A stretch of 64,000 bases of DNA from Bacteroidia bacterium (GTDB lineage Bacteria; Bacteroidota; Bacteroidia; B-17B0; Aurantibacillaceae). Below the pieces are notes generated by a model. That model worked only from the letters and a program-made list of their open reading frames with translations, did not search any database and was not told where the DNA came from. The stretch lies in assembly GCA_031539425.1 (NCBI GenBank), contig JAVKLI010000051.1:36226-100225 (forward strand), written 5' to 3'. Both the position numbers and the translations under genes were made by a program. Shown piece by piece: positions 20,527-30,770 of this stretch (positions are counted from its first letter, which is position 1; each line of letters opens with the position of its first letter).

Positions 20527-22983
20527 TTAAAAATCTACTTTAAAATAAAATAATGGTAAAAGCCCTAATTGATAATTTTTAATTAATGGGTCTTTATTTA
20601 TATCAGTATAATCGGGCGAATAACTCAGGGCTAAAATATTTTTGGTGTTTAATACATTTACTAAATCTAAAGTAAATTCATAACCCACTTTTTCGGTATT
20701 AATTTTATAGCTTACTCTAAAATCAAATCGATTGTAAGGGTCAAATTGTAAGGTGTTCATTTTATTATCATCAGGCACTACTTCCATAATGGCATTGCTT
20801 GCTGCTATATTTGCTGGCGAATAGCGTTTGCCGCCGCCATAGGTAATTTTTAAACCAAAACTTAATATTTTTTTCTTTTCATTATCTAGTTCAATTTCCG
20901 ATCCTGCCAGTAAATTCATGGCGTAGTTACCATTAAAGTCGGTATCAAAAGTTTTGTTATTACTAGCGGTATATTTGCTTTCAAAAATACTAGCCGAATA
21001 CATTAAGAAAAAATGATTGCTAAAACTTTTTTCTAAAGTCATTTCAAGTCCATAATTATAACCCGTTCCGGCGTTTTGCAAATTGTAAATAGGAAAAAAT
21101 CGAGTAAACCCTGATCCATTATTTAATAACGAAATGCCAGATGGCGTAGCATATACAGGGGCGTTGTATAGATATTGATAATAGATTTCAAATTTGGTCC
21201 TTATTGTTTTTAATGGATAAAACTCATATCCCAATACCACATGATGACTTTTAGTAAAATCTAAATTCATGTTGCTTTTTATACGTTGTGTATTTAAAAC
21301 AGGTTTGTTGTTTTGCATAATACTATCCGGCACCGCATAATAAATGTAAGTTGGATGCATTTGGCTATGAAGCCCATAAGCTAAACTAATGACATGATTT
21401 TTATTAGTAACATATTCAAGTGCCAAGCGTGGCTCAATAGCAAAGCTGTTATTAATAGTTAATAGCTGCGAATATAACCCTGATGTTATTTTAAATTGCG
21501 AACAGAACTTATGTGTATAAGTAATATAAGGCTGCAGGAGGGCAAAACTGGTTTTTTCTTTAATTCGTTCTTTAAAAGGTTTATCATTAATTTTTTCGGC
21601 AATAGTATCAAAGCGTGAGCTAACTTTTACTTTATCGTAAAAATCAATTTGAGATAAATTAGCAAAAAACCCAACTTTAAAATAATTAGAAGTATTTATT
21701 TTATGCGTTACGTAAGAAGCTAAGGTTGTTTTACCTTCATAAAAAACAAAATCTAAAATATTAGGTAAAGTATCGTTTGGTATATACTGTTTATTTCGTA
21801 AAATTAACTCGTGTTTGGCATTTATAAACTGTCCGCTATAGGCTAAAGATGTTTTAATAAAAGTACGGCTATTAAAATTATAGGCATGGTTTAAAATACC
21901 AACTCCCATTGATGAAGTGTATTTTTGGTCTCTATTTAAATCGCCATACAATTCTTTAGGTTTTTCTTTTAATGCACTAAATATTAAATTGATAGTGCTA
22001 AAGCCACCAATAGCGCTAAATGTAAAATGACCTGCTTTTTTGGTAGGAAAGCTTAATCTAATGGCACCATCTTGATATTGTGGCACAGCGCTGGTACCAA
22101 AATTAAATTTTAAAAATGATAACATGTCTAAAGTAGAATATCTATAATTAACAAAATAACTACTTCCGTTTTCTTTATTAATAGGGCCTTCTATTGCTAA
22201 CTCTGTGCCTAAAATACCAAACTGAAAGGTACGTTCGTGTTTTTGATTGTTACCGTTTCTCATTTTTAAATCAAATACACCCCCTAAAGCATTGCCATAA
22301 TTGGCAGGGAAGGCACCGGTATAAAATTGCGAATTAGCTAAGTACTTATTATTAATAATAGCCGTGGGTCCACCTGCTGATCCAGCCAAGGCAAAGTGAT
22401 TGGGGTTAGGAATGTTTATTTCATCTAATCGCCACAGTAACCCTGCCGGCGAATTACCTCTTACTACAATATCATTACGGCTATCATTAGTGCCTTGTAC
22501 ACCAGCAAAATTAGAGGCCATACGGGCGGGGTCTTGACGAGAGCCGGCATATCGTTCGGTTTCTTCAACGCTAAAAGTTTTCATGTTAGCTGCCTTAGTA
22601 TCTTGTATTTGTTCAGATTTTGAAGCATCTATTTCCACCGTTTCTGATTGTAACATAGACTCTTCCATATCTACATTTAAAAAAGATTCTTTTCCCGCGT
22701 TTATTACAATGTCTTGCAAATTAACTGTGTTATAACCTAAATATGTAATTAAAAAAGATTGCCTTCCAATGGGTACTTTCTCTAACGTAAAAAACCCTTG
22801 TTCATTAGTTGTTGTATTTATAAATAATTGTGCATTATTTGTTTTTAATTGAATCACCACACCTGGCAATGGGCTAGAGGTAAGTTTATCAACTACCTTA
22901 CCACGTATCGTTTGGATTATTTGATTTTGAGCCTTATTTGTTAAACATGTACAAATCAAAAGCGTAAGCAATCCATATTTCAT
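20527..22983 (-). CDS. TonB-dependent-receptor-like outer-membrane protein with N-terminal carboxypeptidase-regulatory-like domain
   Basis: 818 aa. Signal peptide, then IRGKVVDKLTSSPLPGVVIQL (CarbopepD_reg pattern), a plug-like region, a long beta-barrel and a terminal aromatic residue (FKVDF). Confidence 0.75.
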   Translation of the reverse strand: MKYGLLTLLICTCLTNKAQNQIIQTIRGKVVDKLTSSPLPGVVIQLKTNNAQLFINTTTNEQGFFTLEKVPIGRQSFLITYLGYNTVNLQDIVINAGKESFLNVDMEESMLQSETVEIDASKSEQIQDTKAANMKTFSVEETERYAGSRQDPARMASNFAGVQGTNDSRNDIVVRGNSPAGLLWRLDEINIPNPNHFALAGSAGGPTAIINNKYLANSQFYTGAFPANYGNALGGVFDLKMRNGNNQKHERTFQFGILGTELAIEGPINKENGSSYFVNYRYSTLDMLSFLKFNFGTSAVPQYQDGAIRLSFPTKKAGHFTFSAIGGFSTINLIFSALKEKPKELYGDLNRDQKYTSSMGVGILNHAYNFNSRTFIKTSLAYSGQFINAKHELILRNKQYIPNDTLPNILDFVFYEGKTTLASYVTHKINTSNYFKVGFFANLSQIDFYDKVKVSSRFDTIAEKINDKPFKERIKEKTSFALLQPYITYTHKFCSQFKITSGLYSQLLTINNSFAIEPRLALEYVTNKNHVISLAYGLHSQMHPTYIYYAVPDSIMQNNKPVLNTQRIKSNMNLDFTKSHHVVLGYEFYPLKTIRTKFEIYYQYLYNAPVYATPSGISLLNNGSGFTRFFPIYNLQNAGTGYNYGLEMTLEKSFSNHFFLMYSASIFESKYTASNNKTFDTDFNGNYAMNLLAGSEIELDNEKKKILSFGLKITYGGGKRYSPANIAASNAIMEVVPDDNKMNTLQFDPYNRFDFRVSYKINTEKVGYEFTLDLVNVLNTKNILALSYSPDYTDINKDPLIKNYQLGLLPLFYFKVDF

Positions 22984-23294
22984 ATAAATATTTTTTTTGT
23001 GATTAATACGTTAATTTTTTTCGCTCTTTAATGCTTATAAATATAATTTATTTGAGGTTATGCAATTATAATTTTTATAATTCTAAACGCTACTAATTAA
23101 TAGATATAGCAACTTATTTCAAGCTTTAGATTAAAAGTTTTTCTATTTACTTTAATTTATAAGCATCAATTTCCTACTAAGTAGACTATATATTTGTATC
23201 AGTTATACTATGTATACGAACTATTAATTAATATAAAGTCTAGCCAAATAATTAAAAATTACCTATAGATATTAAACTATATTTGTAACTATAT

Positions 23295-23720
23295 ATGAAT
23301 TTAATAGTTAAAAAATCTCAATTACCTAACGCTGGTAAAGGATTATACTCCAAAACAGACATTAGTAAGGGAGCTGAAATTATTGAATATTTAGGTGAAA
23401 TTATAGATTGGAAAGAGTATGAAAGGCGGGTAGAAAAAGATGAAGATGGTTACTTGTTTTACATCAATAAATCTATTTGTATTGATGCCTGGAACACCCC
23501 ACAACATTTAGCCCGATTTGCCAATGATGCCGCAGGCCTTACCCGAATAAAGGGGTTAAAAAACAACTGTAAATACGTAGTTGAAAATAATAGATGTTTT
23601 ATTGTGAGCAGCCGTAACATTAAATCTGGTGAAGAAATTTTTGTGAGTTATACAAAAGAATATTGGGATTGTGTGAAGTACAACATTAAAATTGGGCGAG
23701 CTAAACATTTTAAAAAATAA
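23295..23720 (+). CDS. SET-domain protein (putative protein-lysine methyltransferase)
   Basis: 141 aa. NAGKGLYSKTDISKGAEIIEYLGEII, ARFANDA (in the NHSC position) and SGEEIFVSYTKEYW match the SET core motifs. Confidence 0.8.
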   Translation: MNLIVKKSQLPNAGKGLYSKTDISKGAEIIEYLGEIIDWKEYERRVEKDEDGYLFYINKSICIDAWNTPQHLARFANDAAGLTRIKGLKNNCKYVVENNRCFIVSSRNIKSGEEIFVSYTKEYWDCVKYNIKIGRAKHFKK

Positions 23721-23727
23721 ACATAGT

Positions 23728-24930
23728 ATGAAATTAAAAATTGGTGTTTTAAGAGAAGAGAAAGAAAACCCCGACAGAAGGGTACCACTTACACCTTTAA
23801 TATGTTCAGAACTGTTAAAACAAAATTTGGGTATTAGTGTTGTTATTCAACCTAGTCCATATAGGTGCTACAGCGATGCAGAGTATCGGTCGTTTGGGCT
23901 AAATGTATCTGAAGATTTAAGTGAATGCTATGTGTTGATGGGCGTTAAAGAAATTCCTGTTTCAAAATTAATTCCTAACAAAAAATATTTATTTTTTTCT
24001 CATACCATTAAAAAGCAAGCGCATAATAAAGGATTGATGAATGCGTTAATAAAAAACAAAATTCAAATGATAGATTACGAAACCTTAACAGATGCTAGTT
24101 ATAACCGCATTATTGGGTTTGGACGATATGCTGGGATTGTGGGTGCCTACAACGCTATTTTGGGTTACGGTATAAAATATGATTTGTTTCAATTAAAGCC
24201 AGCAAACCAGTGTAGAGATAAAGCCGAAATGGAAGAAGAATTAAAGCGCGCCAAATTACCAAACATTAAAATAGTGGTAACAGGCGGAGGCAGAGTGGCT
24301 AATGGCGTATATGAAATTTTATCATGCTTACATATTAGAAAAATTACGCCAGAAGAATTTTTGATGGGTAACTTTAAAGAGCCTGTGTACTGTCAGTTAA
24401 ATCCTAGAGATTATGTGGAACGAGCTCATGATCATAACTTTGATTTACATGATTTTATAAAACACCCAGAAGGTTTTGTTTCAAAATTTGAACCCTTTAC
24501 AAAGGCTGCCGATATTTACATATCTGCCCATTACTGGGCCAAAAATTCACCTAATATGTTTAACTTGGATGATGTAAAAAATCCAAATTTTAGAATTAGC
24601 GTACTGGCTGATATTACCTGCGATATAGGGGGATCTATCCCTACCACCATTCGATCTTCAAAAATAGGCGATGCATTTTATGGTTTTAATTTATTAACAC
24701 ATCAGGAAGATGTGCCATTTAGTAAAGAAACCTTATGCGTTATGGCTGTTGATAATTTACCATGTGAGCTGCCACGTAATGCCAGCGATGATTTTGCTAA
24801 AGATTTGAAAGAGCGCGTTATTCCTTCGTTTTTAAATGATGATAAAGAGCAAATTATTGAACGCGCCTCTATTTGTAAAAATGGTAAATTGATGCCAGCT
24901 TTTGAATATCTAACGGATTATGCTTATTAA
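23728..24930 (+). CDS. Saccharopine dehydrogenase / lysine-ketoglutarate-reductase-like protein (AlaDH/PNT N-terminal fold)
   Basis: [24 protein letters not shown]-terminus, FFSHTIKKQ, and a [11 protein letters not shown] Rossmann motif. I chose the ATG at 23728 over the track start at 23692, which overlaps the SET gene. Confidence 0.75.
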   Translation: MKLKIGVLREEKENPDRRVPLTPLICSELLKQNLGISVVIQPSPYRCYSDAEYRSFGLNVSEDLSECYVLMGVKEIPVSKLIPNKKYLFFSHTIKKQAHNKGLMNALIKNKIQMIDYETLTDASYNRIIGFGRYAGIVGAYNAILGYGIKYDLFQLKPANQCRDKAEMEEELKRAKLPNIKIVVTGGGRVANGVYEILSCLHIRKITPEEFLMGNFKEPVYCQLNPRDYVERAHDHNFDLHDFIKHPEGFVSKFEPFTKAADIYISAHYWAKNSPNMFNLDDVKNPNFRISVLADITCDIGGSIPTTIRSSKIGDAFYGFNLLTHQEDVPFSKETLCVMAVDNLPCELPRNASDDFAKDLKERVIPSFLNDDKEQIIERASICKNGKLMPAFEYLTDYAY

Positions 24931-26375
24931 AACTCGCAGTTTTTTGGCGTACGTGGAAAAGGAATGACGTCTCTAATATTAGTCATACCCGTTACAAACA
25001 ACACCAATCTTTCAAACCCTAAGCCAAATCCAGCATGAGGGCAGGTGCCAAATCGTCTGGTATCTAAATACCAACTCATTTCATGCGTTGAAATATTGAG
25101 TTCGTTCATGCGTTGGGTTAGCTTATCAAGTCTCTCTTCACGTTGAGAGCCTCCAACAATTTCACCAATTCCAGGAAACAGCACATCCATAGCGGCTACA
25201 GTTTTACCATCATCATTTTGGCGCATATAAAAAGATTTTATTTCTTTAGGATAATCCGTTAGTATAATCGGTTTTTTAAAATGCTTTTCTACTAAAAAGC
25301 GTTCATGCTCACTTTGCAAATCGGCACCCCACTTATCTATTTTAAATTGAAATTTATTTTTTTTATTTAATGATTCTTCTTTTAAAATTTCAATGGCTTG
25401 GGTGTATGATAATTTTTCAAAGTTTTCCTTTAGGCAAAAATTTAATTTGTCAATCAAGTTCATTGCACTACGATCTGCTTGTGGCTTAGCGGCTTCTTCT
25501 TTAGTTAATCTGTCGGATAAAAAAGCTAGATCGTCGGCATTTTTTGTTAACGCAACCTGAATAACATATTTTAAAAGCTCTTCAACCAGGGCCATATTAT
25601 CTTGTAAATTATAAAAAGCCATTTCGGGCTCTATCATCCAAAATTCGGCCAAGTGCCTTGTGGTATTTGAATTCTCCGCTCTAAATGTAGGACCAAAAGT
25701 ATATACATTACCTAAGGCAAGGGCTGCCAATTCAGCTTCTAATTGCCCAGATACCGTTAGTTTGGTTTCTTTCCCAAAAAAATCTTCTTGGTAATTTATA
25801 GCACCAGTAGGCGTTTTAGGTAAATTTTTAAAATCTAATGTTGTTACTGTAAACATTTCGCCAGCGCCTTCAGCATCGCTAGAAGTAATCATCGGCGCAT
25901 GTATATATAAAAAGTCTTTTTGATGAAAAAATTCGTGTATGGCAAAGGCCAAGGTGTGCCTAATTCTATAAATAGCACCAAAGGTATTGGTTCTAAACCG
26001 TAAGTGTCCTATCTCTCTTAAATACTCTAATGAGTGGGCTTTTGGCTGTAATGGGTAAAAATGTGGTTTATCAATATCGGATTCAGCAGTTCCATAAATT
26101 TCAATGTCTTGCACTTCAATTTCTACACTTTGTCCTTTTCCTAACGATGGAATTACTCTTCCAGTAACAGCAACGCAAGCACCAGGGGTTATTTGTTTTA
26201 AAATAGATTCGGTTATTTTGTCTGTATTTATTACTGCTTGCAGCTGTTGCACACAAGAGCCATCATTAATGGCTATAAAGGTATTATTTCTAAACGTTCG
26301 TACCCAGCCCTTTATACAAACGGTTTGGTTAACTAAATTGGTTGATAAAATATTTTTTATAGTGGTATGTTGCAT
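24927..26375 (-). CDS. asnS: Asparagine--tRNA ligase
   Basis: 482 aa class II aaRS with an N-terminal OB fold, the [21 protein letters not shown] motif 2 region and GFGLGFERL motif 3. Confidence 0.95.
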   Translation of the reverse strand: MQHTTIKNILSTNLVNQTVCIKGWVRTFRNNTFIAINDGSCVQQLQAVINTDKITESILKQITPGACVAVTGRVIPSLGKGQSVEIEVQDIEIYGTAESDIDKPHFYPLQPKAHSLEYLREIGHLRFRTNTFGAIYRIRHTLAFAIHEFFHQKDFLYIHAPMITSSDAEGAGEMFTVTTLDFKNLPKTPTGAINYQEDFFGKETKLTVSGQLEAELAALALGNVYTFGPTFRAENSNTTRHLAEFWMIEPEMAFYNLQDNMALVEELLKYVIQVALTKNADDLAFLSDRLTKEEAAKPQADRSAMNLIDKLNFCLKENFEKLSYTQAIEILKEESLNKKNKFQFKIDKWGADLQSEHERFLVEKHFKKPIILTDYPKEIKSFYMRQNDDGKTVAAMDVLFPGIGEIVGGSQREERLDKLTQRMNELNISTHEMSWYLDTRRFGTCPHAGFGLGFERLVLFVTGMTNIRDVIPFPRTPKNCEF

Positions 26376-26508
26376 AAGAATGGGTTTATGATAATAAAAC
26401 TTGTATTGGCAAATTTATTATAAATACAGGTACTAACATCCAATTTTTTAATCTAAACCACTAAACTAATCTTGTTTTTCATTTTCTGTACTTTTTTATT
26501 TTTTTAAT

Positions 26509-26534
26509 TCCTCTCCTTACAGGGTGGGGGGTGA
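26509..26534. repeat. G/C-rich hairpin-type repeat, degenerate copy (R4)
   Basis: TTCCTCTCCTTACAGGGTGGGGGGTGA is a C/T-run, short loop and G-run in an AT-rich spacer. It resembles the copies at 58425, 58490 and 60374. Confidence 0.35.
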
Positions 26535-26820
26535 TTTGTGGGTTAGAGTGTGAATATATCATTTACCCCCTGAATTTGATTGTTTGGATAATGCTAAATT
26601 AATAGGGTTTACAAATAGTGCTGAAGAATTGCCTTCTGACTTCTCTTTGCTTAGTCGTAAAAAATATAGAACGGTTTTTAGAAGAGGGGTATTTGTGTAC
26701 ATACAACACCTAAATCAGCAGTTGTTGGCAATCTTTTAAGTCCTAATAAGTTTAACGATTATAAGAAACGTAAAAATTACCGCATACATAAGGGGTCTCT
26801 CACTTTAAGTAGGGTAAGAA

Positions 26821-27594
26821 TTATACAATAACTTGTTTTTTAGCTGTGCTATTATATACTGTTTTCATAAAACCCGAAGCAAACATAAAGTTGTTTAATT
26901 CTGCATGCTCTGTATCTAAAATGTTTTTTTGAGAGCCTGTCCAGCTATTTTGGCCTTTGTAAATAAATAAAATATTTTCACCAATTTCTACTACCGAGTT
27001 CATGTCGTGTGTTACTATAATAGTAGTAATGTTAAACTCTTTGGTGATGGCTTGAATTAAACTATCAATAACAATTGATGTTTTAGGGTCTAACCCAGAA
27101 TTGGGCTCGTCACAAAATAAATATTTGGGGTTATTAGCTATGGCACGTGCTAAGGCTGCGCGCTTTTTCATCCCCCCTGATAGTTCGCTTGGGTATAATT
27201 TATTTTTACCTTCTAGTTGTACTTTTTCTAAACAAAAATTAACCCTATCTTTTTTTTCATTTAGCGTTAGTGTGGTATATATATCCAATGGAAAACGCAC
27301 ATTTTCTTCTAAAGTAGATGAGTCAAATAAGGCTCCGCCTTGAAACAGCATGCCAATGTCTTTTCTCACCTCTTGTTTTTCATTTATTGATAAATTAGGA
27401 AAATCAACTTGATTAAAATAAATATGACCACTATCTAAGGGATGAAGACCTACTATAAGTTTTAAAATGGTTGTTTTACCGCTGCCACTTTCGCCAATAA
27501 TTAAATTGGTTTTGCCTGGTTCAAATTTAAAAGAAACATTTTTTACTACATGGGTAGTGTTAAAGGATTTGTTAATGTTTTTAATTTCAATCAT
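26821..27594 (-). CDS. ABC transporter ATP-binding protein, MlaF-like
   Basis: 257 aa. Walker A GESGSGKTT, signature LSGGMKKR and Walker B LFCDEPNSGLD. Translationally coupled to the upstream MlaE-like permease by a 4-nt overlap. Confidence 0.85.
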   Translation of the reverse strand: MIEIKNINKSFNTTHVVKNVSFKFEPGKTNLIIGESGSGKTTILKLIVGLHPLDSGHIYFNQVDFPNLSINEKQEVRKDIGMLFQGGALFDSSTLEENVRFPLDIYTTLTLNEKKDRVNFCLEKVQLEGKNKLYPSELSGGMKKRAALARAIANNPKYLFCDEPNSGLDPKTSIVIDSLIQAITKEFNITTIIVTHDMNSVVEIGENILFIYKGQNSWTGSQKNILDTEHAELNNFMFASGFMKTVYNSTAKKQVIV

Positions 27595-28355
27595 GATAAA
27601 AATATTTGAGTTAAAATAAAATTAAAAATCAAAATCAAAATACTACAATAAACTACTGATGTTGTGCTGCTTTTGCCAACTTCTAAAGCCCCTCCGGAGG
27701 TGTAATAGCCAAAATATGAAGAAATAGAGGTTATTAAAAAAGAAAACACAATTACTTTAGAAAAAGTATAATACAATTTATAAGGTTTAAAGTAGGTTTG
27801 AATACCTAATATAAACTCGTAAGAGCTTACAGAATCTGTAATTACACCCATAATAAATCCACCTGTTATTCCTAGTATAATACTAAGTGCAATTAAAAAC
27901 GGAAAAATTAAAATACCACCTATTATTTTAGGCAAAATTAAATAGCCAGCAGAATTTACACCCATTACTTCAAGCGCATCTATTTGTTCGGATATGCGCA
28001 TAGAGCCTATTTCTGATGAAATATTAGACCCCACTTTACCTGCTAAAATTAAACTAACTATGGTTGGAGAAAATTCTAATATAATAGACTCTCTAACAGT
28101 ATAACCAACTGCATACAATGGAACCATAGGGTTAGAAAAACCACTTGCTGATTGTATAGTAATAACACCACCCATAAAAAATGAAATAATTGCTATAATA
28201 GGTAATGAACTAATACCAATTTTATCAATTTCTAAAACTATTTGTTTTAAATAAACAGACCATTTTTCGGGCTTTTTAAAGGCTTGCTTTATCAATAATA
28301 AATAACGACCTATATGATAAAATAAAGAATTTATAGATAAAAAAAATATGTTCAT
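27591..28355 (-). CDS. ABC transporter permease, MlaE-like
   Basis: 254 aa polytopic protein with the MlaE-type pattern (EIDKIGISSLPII..., VRESIILEFSPT, EQIDALEVMG). Confidence 0.85.
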   Translation of the reverse strand: MNIFFLSINSLFYHIGRYLLLIKQAFKKPEKWSVYLKQIVLEIDKIGISSLPIIAIISFFMGGVITIQSASGFSNPMVPLYAVGYTVRESIILEFSPTIVSLILAGKVGSNISSEIGSMRISEQIDALEVMGVNSAGYLILPKIIGGILIFPFLIALSIILGITGGFIMGVITDSVSSYEFILGIQTYFKPYKLYYTFSKVIVFSFLITSISSYFGYYTSGGALEVGKSSTTSVVYCSILILIFNFILTQIFLS

Positions 28356-28403
28356 AGTGTAGCGAAGATACTATTTTGAGGAATAAAGAGCCTTGGTATT
28401 TGA

Positions 28404-29459
28404 TTATTTTATAATTGATTTTTTTTGAAGTTTAAACACAAATTCTGTTCCAACACCAAGTGTACTTTTTGCCAAAATTTTTTCGCCATGCGCTTCTAAT
28501 ACGTGTTTTGTAATGGCTAAACCTAAACCTGTTCCGCCTTCGCTGCGTGACCCACTTTTATCTACTCTATAAAATCGCTCAAAGATACGTGGTAAATGCT
28601 CAGGAGCAATGCCTTTGCCATTATCTATAAATTTAACTTTAATTTTTATTGGAGTGTGTGATTCTATTTTAATTTGAATGCTCCCTTTTTGTTTTCCGTA
28701 CTTAATGGCATTTTCAATTAAATTAGTACAAGCTTGTTGAATCTTTTCTTTATCGGCAAATACAAAAACATTAGTTAGATGATATGACAATATATTGATT
28801 TGAATTTGTTTATCTGCCGCTTTAATTTCAAGTAAATCAATGGTGTTTTGTAATAATTCAATAAAATTAAAATTAGTTTTATTTAACTGCACATCTTCAC
28901 TTTCCAACTTAGCTAATACATCCAAATCATTTACAATATGTATCAATCTTTCAATAGCATTTTGTGTGCGTTCTAAATATTTTGTTTTACGAGCTTCATC
29001 TTCTATAACGTTTTCAAGCAAAGTTAACACATAGCTTTGTGCACTAAACAAAGGTGTTTTTAACTCATGCGATACATTTCCTAAAAACGATCTTCGGTAA
29101 TTATCTTGCTGTTTTAAATAGGCAATTTCTAGTTTTTGATCTATATTCATATGCTTCATGGCGCTTGTAAAAATATCTGCATGTTGTAACTTATTATTTG
29201 AAACTACGCCACTCATTTTATCTTTAATAAATTGTTTTAAAACTTGTTTCATTTTTTTGTTAATGTAAACTTCTATATAAAAAAATAAAAAACATCCAAA
29301 CAACACATACTGTGTTAAAGCAATAATAATAAGGTTAGTAAGCGGTACATTGGTAAATAAAACAAGGTAAAAAATAATAGGTGCTACAAAAAATAAGGTA
29401 ATTAGGCTTGTTAAGTAAATCGATCGTTGGAGTTTAGATAGTTGACGGAACGCTTTCAT
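28404..29459 (-). CDS. Sensor histidine kinase
   Basis: Two N-terminal TM segments, H-box FLGNVSHELKTPL, and N, G1 (DNGKGI) and G2 (GGTGLGLAI) boxes. Confidence 0.85.
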   Translation of the reverse strand: MKAFRQLSKLQRSIYLTSLITLFFVAPIIFYLVLFTNVPLTNLIIIALTQYVLFGCFLFFYIEVYINKKMKQVLKQFIKDKMSGVVSNNKLQHADIFTSAMKHMNIDQKLEIAYLKQQDNYRRSFLGNVSHELKTPLFSAQSYVLTLLENVIEDEARKTKYLERTQNAIERLIHIVNDLDVLAKLESEDVQLNKTNFNFIELLQNTIDLLEIKAADKQIQINILSYHLTNVFVFADKEKIQQACTNLIENAIKYGKQKGSIQIKIESHTPIKIKVKFIDNGKGIAPEHLPRIFERFYRVDKSGSRSEGGTGLGLAITKHVLEAHGEKILAKSTLGVGTEFVFKLQKKSIIK

Positions 29460-30148
29460 GCTTCTATTTTATAACCAATGCCTTTAATAGTTACTAGTAT
29501 ATCGTCTCCTATTTTTTCTCTTAATTTTCTAATATGTACGTCTATTGTTCTATCTCCTACTATTACATCATGACTCCATATGGCTTTAAAAATTTCTTCC
29601 CGTTTAAATACTTTACCTGGGTTACTTAAAAATAAAGCTAATAGTTCTAATTCTTTACGGGTTAAATTGATATTTTGATGATTAATTGTAACTGTATGAT
29701 TTTGTTTGTTTATAAGAATGTTTTTAAATGTTATAATTGAAAGAGTTGAATTAACAGTATTAAGAGGTAATCTTTTTAATAAGGATTCTATTTTTAATAA
29801 TAGTAGTTTGGGTTTTATAGGTTTAGCTATATAATCATCAGCGCCAGCATTAAAGCCTTCTATTTGACTATAGTCTTCTGAACGGGCAGATAAAAATGTA
29901 ATAATGGTATTATCTAACATTGAATTTTGCCTCATAATATAACAAGCTTCTACGCCATTCATTACTGGCATCATAACGTCTAACAGAATTAAATGTGGTA
30001 TATCTTTTTGTGCTTGTGCAATTGCTAACTTTCCATTTATAGCTGTATTTACTATGTAGCCAGCTTGAGTTAAATTAAAACTTAAAATGTCTAATATATC
30101 TGGGTCGTCGTCAACTATTAAAATTTTAAAGTTGTATGATGTAATCAT
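29456..30148 (-). CDS. OmpR/PhoB-family response regulator
   Basis: Receiver domain (ILIVDDDPDILD..., phospho-acceptor in LILLDVMMP) plus a winged-helix C-terminus (LTRKELELL...TIDVHIRKLREKI...GIGYK). 4-nt overlap with the kinase gene. Confidence 0.9.
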   Translation of the reverse strand: MITSYNFKILIVDDDPDILDILSFNLTQAGYIVNTAINGKLAIAQAQKDIPHLILLDVMMPVMNGVEACYIMRQNSMLDNTIITFLSARSEDYSQIEGFNAGADDYIAKPIKPKLLLLKIESLLKRLPLNTVNSTLSIITFKNILINKQNHTVTINHQNINLTRKELELLALFLSNPGKVFKREEIFKAIWSHDVIVGDRTIDVHIRKLREKIGDDILVTIKGIGYKIEA

Positions 30149-30162
30149 TTTAAATTATTCGA

Positions 30163-30756
30163 TTAACGTTTCGAGTTTTTTGAGTTTTGAAATGCTTGAT
30201 ATATTTGTTCTAATTCGGTATACCAGGTTTTGCCATACTTTCTAATTAATGGTTCTTTTAAAAACGAAAAAATAGTAACGCCTAATTTAACACCATTAAC
30301 ACAGGCAGCTTTACAAGTATCCCACACCTCGTAATTAAGTGCGTCTAATTTATTTTTAAGTTTGGTAATTCTAATTGGATATAAATGGCAGGATATTGGT
30401 TTTTTCCATTTGATTTGACCATCTAAATAGGCTTTTTCAAAACTGCATTTTGCTATATTTTGATTGTCATAAAACAAATAAACGCATTCGCCATTTCCAT
30501 TAATTAATGGGGTTGTGTAATCGCCATCATTATCAATTACAAAATTTCCTTGTTTGTTTAATTCAGCTTTTTTTTGTGGGGTTAAATAATTTATAATAAA
30601 TGGAAGTGCCTTTTCAATCTCTTTAAGTTCTGATTTTTCGAGTGGTGCACCGCTATCGCCGCTTACGCAACATTTCCCTTTACACGCCGTTAAATCACAA
30701 ACAAATTTTTTTTCAAAAATATCTTCAGAAATTAAGGTGTTTTGATGCGCAATCAT
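30163..30756 (-). CDS. DUF3109 family Cys-rich protein
   Basis: 197 aa. The FVCDLTACKGKCCVSGDSGAPLE motif is characteristic of DUF3109. Confidence 0.7.
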   Translation of the reverse strand: MIAHQNTLISEDIFEKKFVCDLTACKGKCCVSGDSGAPLEKSELKEIEKALPFIINYLTPQKKAELNKQGNFVIDNDGDYTTPLINGNGECVYLFYDNQNIAKCSFEKAYLDGQIKWKKPISCHLYPIRITKLKNKLDALNYEVWDTCKAACVNGVKLGVTIFSFLKEPLIRKYGKTWYTELEQIYQAFQNSKNSKR

Positions 30757-30770
30757 TTAATAAAATTAGA

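Noticed and set aside
23189-23285. Two exact TAnnTTTG motifs as promoters of the SET gene
   Set aside because: I did not list them as features. No TTG -33 element sits at the expected distance, and in DNA this AT-rich the 8-mer is expected by chance fairly often. They are mentioned only in the related finding.
23692-23727. Upstream start (23692) for the saccharopine-dehydrogenase-like gene
   Set aside because: It would overlap the SET gene by 29 nt and add a non-conserved MGELNILKNKHS extension. The family N-terminus, [12 protein letters not shown], begins at the ATG at 23728.
26104-29034. Track ORFs 26104..26391(+), 27101..27343(+) and 28840..29034(+)
   Set aside because: They lie antisense to asnS, the MlaF-like gene and the histidine kinase gene respectively.
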